The notes under the pieces were generated by a model. That model saw only the letters and a list, made by a program, of their open reading frames with translations. It did no database searches and was not told the origin of the DNA. A stretch of DNA of 60,037 nucleotides from a virus (taxonomy: Duplodnaviria > Caudoviricetes): the IMG/VR virus record IMGVR_UViG_3300025652_000072, positions 1-60,037 of that record. The stretch is one strand, 5' to 3'. Both the position numbers and the translations under genes were made by a program. Every line of letters begins with the position of its first letter. Position 1 is the stretch's first letter. Shown in pieces: positions 57,132 to 60,037 of the stretch.

Positions 57132-57189
57132 CCCCATACATGCACTTTTTTTAATTTATTTTATCACGGTATTTTTGGGCCTTGCCCGC

Positions 57190-57215
57190 GACTTGACTTG
57201 ACTTGACTTGACGTG
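57190..57215. repeat. Tandem pentamer (gactt)x4 plus a degenerate copy
   Basis: gacttgacttgacttgacttgacgtg. Confidence 0.9.
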
Positions 57216-57450
57216 ATATATGTATATACACGCAGATCAGTGACGATCATACATGTACACGCTCTCTCTCGTCGTAATCTTAATCTCAGTATGGGTCGCT
57301 GTAAAACGCCAGTAAACAAACGACAACAAGACAAATCACAAATACCATTGGTCTATACCTTTGCTAGTTAACAATGGCTATTGTATACCCTAGTGCAATG
57401 GTCAGTTGTTGTCTTATGTTGTACTTTTTGCTCTCCTCAATTATTAGTCG

Positions 57451-57500
57451 TCCCCGATCAAGGCCGATCAACGTTGATCAAAGCCGATCGTTATTGATCA
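57451..57500. repeat. Five GATC sites at exact 10-bp spacing
   Basis: GATC at 57456, 57466, 57476, 57486, 57496. Confidence 0.9.
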
Positions 57501-57530
57501 ATATATATAGGACTATCGGTATATTAATCC

Positions 57531-57645
57531 TCAATCATCATCAATCATTCTCTCTCCGTCGTAATCTTAATCTCCGTCGTAATCTCAGTGTGTGTTCGAC
57601 CTGAATCAATCATCATCAATCATTCTCTCGTCGTAATCTTAATCT
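57531..57645. repeat. TC-rich ~40-bp imperfect direct repeats
   Basis: tcaatcatcatcaatcattctctc..cgtcgtaatcttaatct at 57531-57573 and 57606-57645. Confidence 0.85.
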
Positions 57646-58073
57646 TTGTCAGGATCGTCCGAGGATGATAGAATGTGATTGATAACCCCATGCCAATCAA
57701 AAGGGGACTCGCAACTCCAGTCCGGTATCAATGGTTCACTGACCTTGGATTCTCCCATTTTAATCGCACGACCACCCCCAAATATATTTAGGGTAGAGGA
57801 AGAAGGATGATGAACCAAGTTGTAGACTTTGCCTTTATTCATAAAATATCTGGTTTGCCACGCAATTTGGTGAGGGCGTAGCGCGATGTTTTTTAATGAC
57901 TTTAACCTGTGGACCTTCAATTCTAGCCAAAATGCCTGACCATTCAGTATGCCATGCAGGTCAGGGATTCCTGGAGTCGCCCAAGACTCTAAGCGTGTCC
58001 AAAACACGCCTAGGTCTTGCGTTCCTTCTCTTAGTTTATACCAAAGTTTGCTCTCAGGCTTACTTGTTGCGAT
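57639..58073 (-). CDS. VRR-NUC / Holliday-junction-resolvase-like PD-(D/E)xK nuclease; start probably upstream of the track's 58007
   Basis: TRLES.ATPGIPD, FWLELK, LRPHQIAW; in-frame upstream KPESKLW. Confidence 0.75.
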   Translation of the reverse strand: MATSKPESKLWYKLREGTQDLGVFWTRLESWATPGIPDLHGILNGQAFWLELKVHRLKSLKNIALRPHQIAWQTRYFMNKGKVYNLVHHPSSSTLNIFGGGRAIKMGESKVSEPLIPDWSCESPFDWHGVINHILSSSDDPDKD

Positions 58074-58076
58074 ATT

Positions 58077-58616
58077 TCAAACCCCCTGCCAAGCTGACTC
58101 TAACATTGCATAAGGGTTATCATCTATGCCCTTTAACCCAAGCTCGGGCATGTATTGGTTAAAGCTATCGCGGTCATACTCACTTATGGCACAAACCTTG
58201 TGATATGTTTTATCAATGGTAATAACGTATAGGTAATCAATGTCACCATGTATGCCGTTGGTTACCTCATACTTGCCCTCTAACTGCATAGGCTCGTAAT
58301 GTGTGTGGGCGTCCCGTGTTTTGGGCGCAACTAACAAAGTCTGCAACATTTCGTCCCATGCTTTATGTTTAACTAACACGTCAGCATACAAACCTAGTAA
58401 CAGCTTCGGGTCATTTTGCAGTGCTTCAGCTCCTGCTTTGGCCTTGCTTCCTGCAAGCTCTTGGCAAAACGTGGTGTAGTTGTCTGCATACCAACGTATA
58501 GCCTCAGCATATTTTTTTAGCTCAGGCCCCACACTACTAGGGTAACCATCGTAATGTCTGTAAATATACTTAACTTGGTCACCGCACTCTAAAACTATGT
58601 TACATCTTGTACCCAT
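58077..58616 (-). CDS. Hypothetical early protein
   Basis: MGTRCNI..IYRHYDGYP..VG, HGDIDYLY; conserved early leader. Confidence 0.75.
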   Translation of the reverse strand: MGTRCNIVLECGDQVKYIYRHYDGYPSSVGPELKKYAEAIRWYADNYTTFCQELAGSKAKAGAEALQNDPKLLLGLYADVLVKHKAWDEMLQTLLVAPKTRDAHTHYEPMQLEGKYEVTNGIHGDIDYLYVITIDKTYHKVCAISEYDRDSFNQYMPELGLKGIDDNPYAMLESAWQGV

Positions 58617-58662
58617 TTGTCTAACCCTTTCTCGGTTATTTATTAACTATAATTAGTATAGC
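58617..58662 (-). promoter_or_regulatory. Early-gene leader: TGcTATACT extended -10, 18 nt, ACCGAGAAAGGGTT
   Basis: Same spacing as the leaders at 106-176 and 609-674. Confidence 0.6.
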
Positions 58663-58696
58663 AACAGCATTTACATTGAGTAACCTTTTTTATGTC

Positions 58697-59239
58697 TTAT
58701 TTTGTCTTGTCATCCGCTTGGTTTTCTATCAGTACATTGCCGTCAGCAACAGCGGCAAGTGCAGGGAACTCCTTTTGGAGTTTCTGTATTTCTTTCATCA
58801 CTTGCTCCCTGTCCATCTGGTCTATTTTTCCATGCAGTATTTCCTTACGATCAATGTAGAGACCTGCGGCTTGTCCTCGTGATTTTTCAGCGGCAACAGC
58901 TGCGGCGAAGTTACCACCTGTCATTGCTTGGTCTCTTATTTCAGCTAACTTTTTTACATGGCTTTCAAAGCTGACTTCATACTTTTTGGCTAACTCAGCT
59001 TTTAGTTCACCTATTCTCGCTACTACGTTGGGGTAGCGTTGACCATTTAATAATTGTGATGCAATGGCGTGTGCAGATTTTACTGAGTATCCTGCCCTGA
59101 CTGCGGCCTCTGTTTGGCTGATGTCCTCACAAACATACAGTCTTGCAAACTCTTCTTGCTTGGGTGTTATGTTCTTTTCTGTTCGTGGGTTGGCTACAAT
59201 TTCAAGCGTTGGCTTGTGAGTAGCTTTGGCTAAAACCAT
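58697..59239 (-). CDS. terS: Terminase small subunit
   Basis: TPKQEEFARLY, TEAAVRAGYS..SA...ASQLL, AAVAAEKSRG..GLY. Confidence 0.85.
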   Translation of the reverse strand: MVLAKATHKPTLEIVANPRTEKNITPKQEEFARLYVCEDISQTEAAVRAGYSVKSAHAIASQLLNGQRYPNVVARIGELKAELAKKYEVSFESHVKKLAEIRDQAMTGGNFAAAVAAEKSRGQAAGLYIDRKEILHGKIDQMDREQVMKEIQKLQKEFPALAAVADGNVLIENQADDKTK

Positions 59240-59262
59240 GTTGATGTCCTCTTTGTTTTGCT

Positions 59263-59487
59263 ACTTTGCTATAATAGGAAGAATTACGAAAAGTTACTAG
59301 TCTTAAAAAATTCCAAATTAATCGCGCGTACCGAGAAAGTTACTGATTAATTGAACCATTGACCATGTACAATATCTCAATACCCCTGCTAACTCATTGT
59401 TTATATGTGTATAGTCATATATCGTATATTTTCAAATGTTAAAAAACCATTTCATCGTAAATCGTATTTACCCCTATTATACAAAGT
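59263..59487. repeat. Inverted-repeat-bounded non-coding element, copy 2
   Basis: Same ordered blocks as 17858-18015 plus ~68 extra bp in the middle. Confidence 0.85.
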
Positions 59488-59616
59488 TGCCTTTATTGAG
59501 GGTTTTTGTTGACTATTTTAAGGCCTTTGTGATAATCTCAAAGTATTTATGTAGGGGTACATACCCCTTGGTAGTTTGAGTGTTACTGGTGCGTCGTTAA
59601 GTTGAGATGTGCGGGT

Positions 59617-59644
59617 AAAAAGTGAGGGGCAATAAGCCCCCCAC
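59617..59644 (-). terminator. Probable terminator
   Basis: gtg.ggggc / gcccc.cac stem with a T-run on the minus strand. Confidence 0.55.
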
Positions 59645-59653
59645 CTTCAAGGG

Positions 59654-60010
59654 TTATAGGTTCAGTATTGGTTTTACTGCGTCAACGGCGACAGCGCATT
59701 GGTAAGGCGTCGTTATAATGTGCATTTGGCTGATGTAGTCACGGCTTGGTATATTTTTTGCGTCAAGCACTAGTGTAACTGGGGTGTCAACACGTTGGTA
59801 TACCATCACGGTAACAATGCCCCCAAAAGCGTGGCTCGTTATTACTAGCCTTGTGTCATTGTCAATATGGTGTATGTATGCGTCCATACCCTCGTGTGCT
59901 GGTACTGGGTCACTGTTTGGGCCACCAAGCAGGTTGTCATGGTGGTTGTCAGTGTATGGTGCTAACCCTGCGTCAGTAATAAACTTATCAAAAAGTGGTT
60001 GTTGTGTCAT
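59654..60010 (-). CDS. Hypothetical early protein (118 aa)
   Basis: Conserved AACCGAGAAAGGGTT leader. Confidence 0.75.
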   Translation of the reverse strand: MTQQPLFDKFITDAGLAPYTDNHHDNLLGGPNSDPVPAHEGMDAYIHHIDNDTRLVITSHAFGGIVTVMVYQRVDTPVTLVLDAKNIPSRDYISQMHIITTPYQCAVAVDAVKPILNL

Positions 60011-60031
60011 TTGTAAACCCTTTCTCGGTTT
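59906..60031. repeat. Terminal direct repeat, right copy
   Basis: Identical to 1-126; the last 6 nt of the window diverge. Confidence 0.95.
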
Positions 60032-60037
60032 GTTGTG

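Larger units (their letters stand above)
56446..57164. other. TC/GA-dinucleotide-free island (719 bp)
   Basis: Manual scan of every line and block junction found no tc or ga between the TC at 56445-56446 and the TC at 57164-57165. Confidence 0.9.

Noticed and set aside
57374-57604. Plus-strand 76-aa ORF
   Set aside because: Translates the repeat block; no RBS or recognisable motif.
1-60037. tRNAs, introns/inteins, stop-codon reassignment, lysogeny module
   Set aside because: None recognised by eye; core genes are uninterrupted in the standard code. A covariance-model search would be needed to exclude small RNAs.

Overview
The window is an apparently complete ~59.9-kb dsDNA tailed-phage genome. 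Bases 1-126 recur at 59906-60031, implying a circular assembly. It looks podovirus-like (portal, nozzle, large ejection-type proteins, no tape measure or sheath recognised). A marine alphaproteobacterial host is inferred from gene content only. Almost all genes are on the minus strand: small early genes (~56.5-60 kb and 0-4.4 kb), a DNA-modification/replication block (4.4-17.8 kb), a plus-strand SNF2 helicase and DNA methylase (18.1-20.2 kb), and a virion/lysis/packaging block (20.2-56.1 kb). No integrase, RNA polymerase, tRNA or CRISPR was recognised. The main observations are: (1) a thymidine-hypermodification cluster (dUMP hydroxymethylase, 5-hmdU DNA kinase, GT-B glycosyltransferase, MazG-like and HD nucleotidases, PolA) with no recognisable amino-acid:DNA transferase; (2) a 719-bp island (56446-57164) with no TC or GA dinucleotide, covering a whole promoter-RBS-gene-terminator unit whose 163-aa protein has no Asp or Glu, flanked by a TC-dense block with helically phased GATCs. 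Together these suggest a TC-directed bulky DNA modification and a modification-free 'bootstrap' gene; this link is a hypothesis. Also seen: a perfect parS palindrome, a duplicated inverted-repeat-bounded non-coding element, and repeated early-gene leaders. All annotations are by-eye motif recognition, with no database searches.
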